A stretch of 64,000 bases of DNA from the human T2T-CHM13v2.0 reference genome, Homo sapiens. Of this stretch, positions 63,660 through 64,000 are shown in pieces; the stretch's first letter is position 1; every line of letters begins with the position of its first letter. Under the pieces are notes generated by a model. The model worked only from the letters and a program-made list of their open reading frames with translations, searched no databases and was not told the origin of the DNA. The position numbers and the translations under genes are program-made. The DNA is taken from assembly GCF_009914755.1 (NCBI RefSeq), contig NC_060946.1; one strand, written 5' to 3'.

Positions 63660-64000
63660 CACAGCGGCCAAGGTACATGAGGATGTAGCTTATCGCCCTT
63701 TTAAGGGACTCTCCCACGTTCGACTCTAAGCGGAAGTACCCGCTCAGGGCTCCGGAAGTGGCCTCAGAGCCCCTCAGCAACATGCCCGCAGAGAATTCTT
63801 CCGGAGGCGGTCACAGACATCTCCGTGACGCAGAACGAGTTAGAGCGTCCCTTGGGGTTTCCATGGTGCTGCCCTTAGCCTGCAGTATCTCCACTTCCTC
63901 TCCCGCCTGAGCGCCGGGAACGGAAAAGCAGGCGGCCGGTCCCAGCTGCGACGTAGACGCCGCGTGGGGGTGGGGTTGGGCGAGTAGGTGACGCTCTAGG
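63660..64000. promoter_or_regulatory. Start of a CpG island with clustered ETS/GABP motifs; probable promoter of the next gene (GGA1 by recalled gene order)
   Basis: CGGAAGT at 63731, CCGGAAGTG at 63752, further TTCCGG/ACTTCC and TGACG motifs, rising CpG density. No coding sequence is visible, so the gene identity is not shown by this window. Confidence 0.7.

Overview
Human (primate) genomic DNA, very Alu-rich, recognisable from the encoded proteins as the CDC42EP1-LGALS2 locus on chr22q13, ending in a CpG/ETS-rich promoter that by recalled gene order should be GGA1. Two complete genes can be reconstructed exon by exon. CDC42EP1 (+ strand) has a non-coding exon 1 in a CpG island and CDS 21633-22095 + 23391-24082, giving 384 aa. 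LGALS2 (- strand) has CDS 35167-35162, 27193-27111, 25997-25838 and 25674-25525, giving 132 aa. The two genes converge with about 0.85 kb between their poly(A) signals. The rest is mostly interspersed repeats: dozens of Alus, MIR/L2/L1 remnants, MaLR and MER21 LTRs, a HERV-E-type solo LTR nested in an Alu inside L1, and hAT DNA transposons. I found no evidence of a wholly new biological system. The best leads are: a CDC42EP1 allele one 7-aa repeat shorter than the recalled 391-aa reference; two uORFs plus a weak first AUG and a perfect-Kozak Met13 in CDC42EP1; an LGALS2 stop codon embedded in its poly(A) signal; a diverged ~260-bp direct repeat bracketing LGALS2 exons 3-4; an HNF4/HNF1/TATA module at the LGALS2 promoter; and a weak galectin-like ORF at 44.4 kb. 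Repeat family names and reference comparisons are from memory and were not computed.
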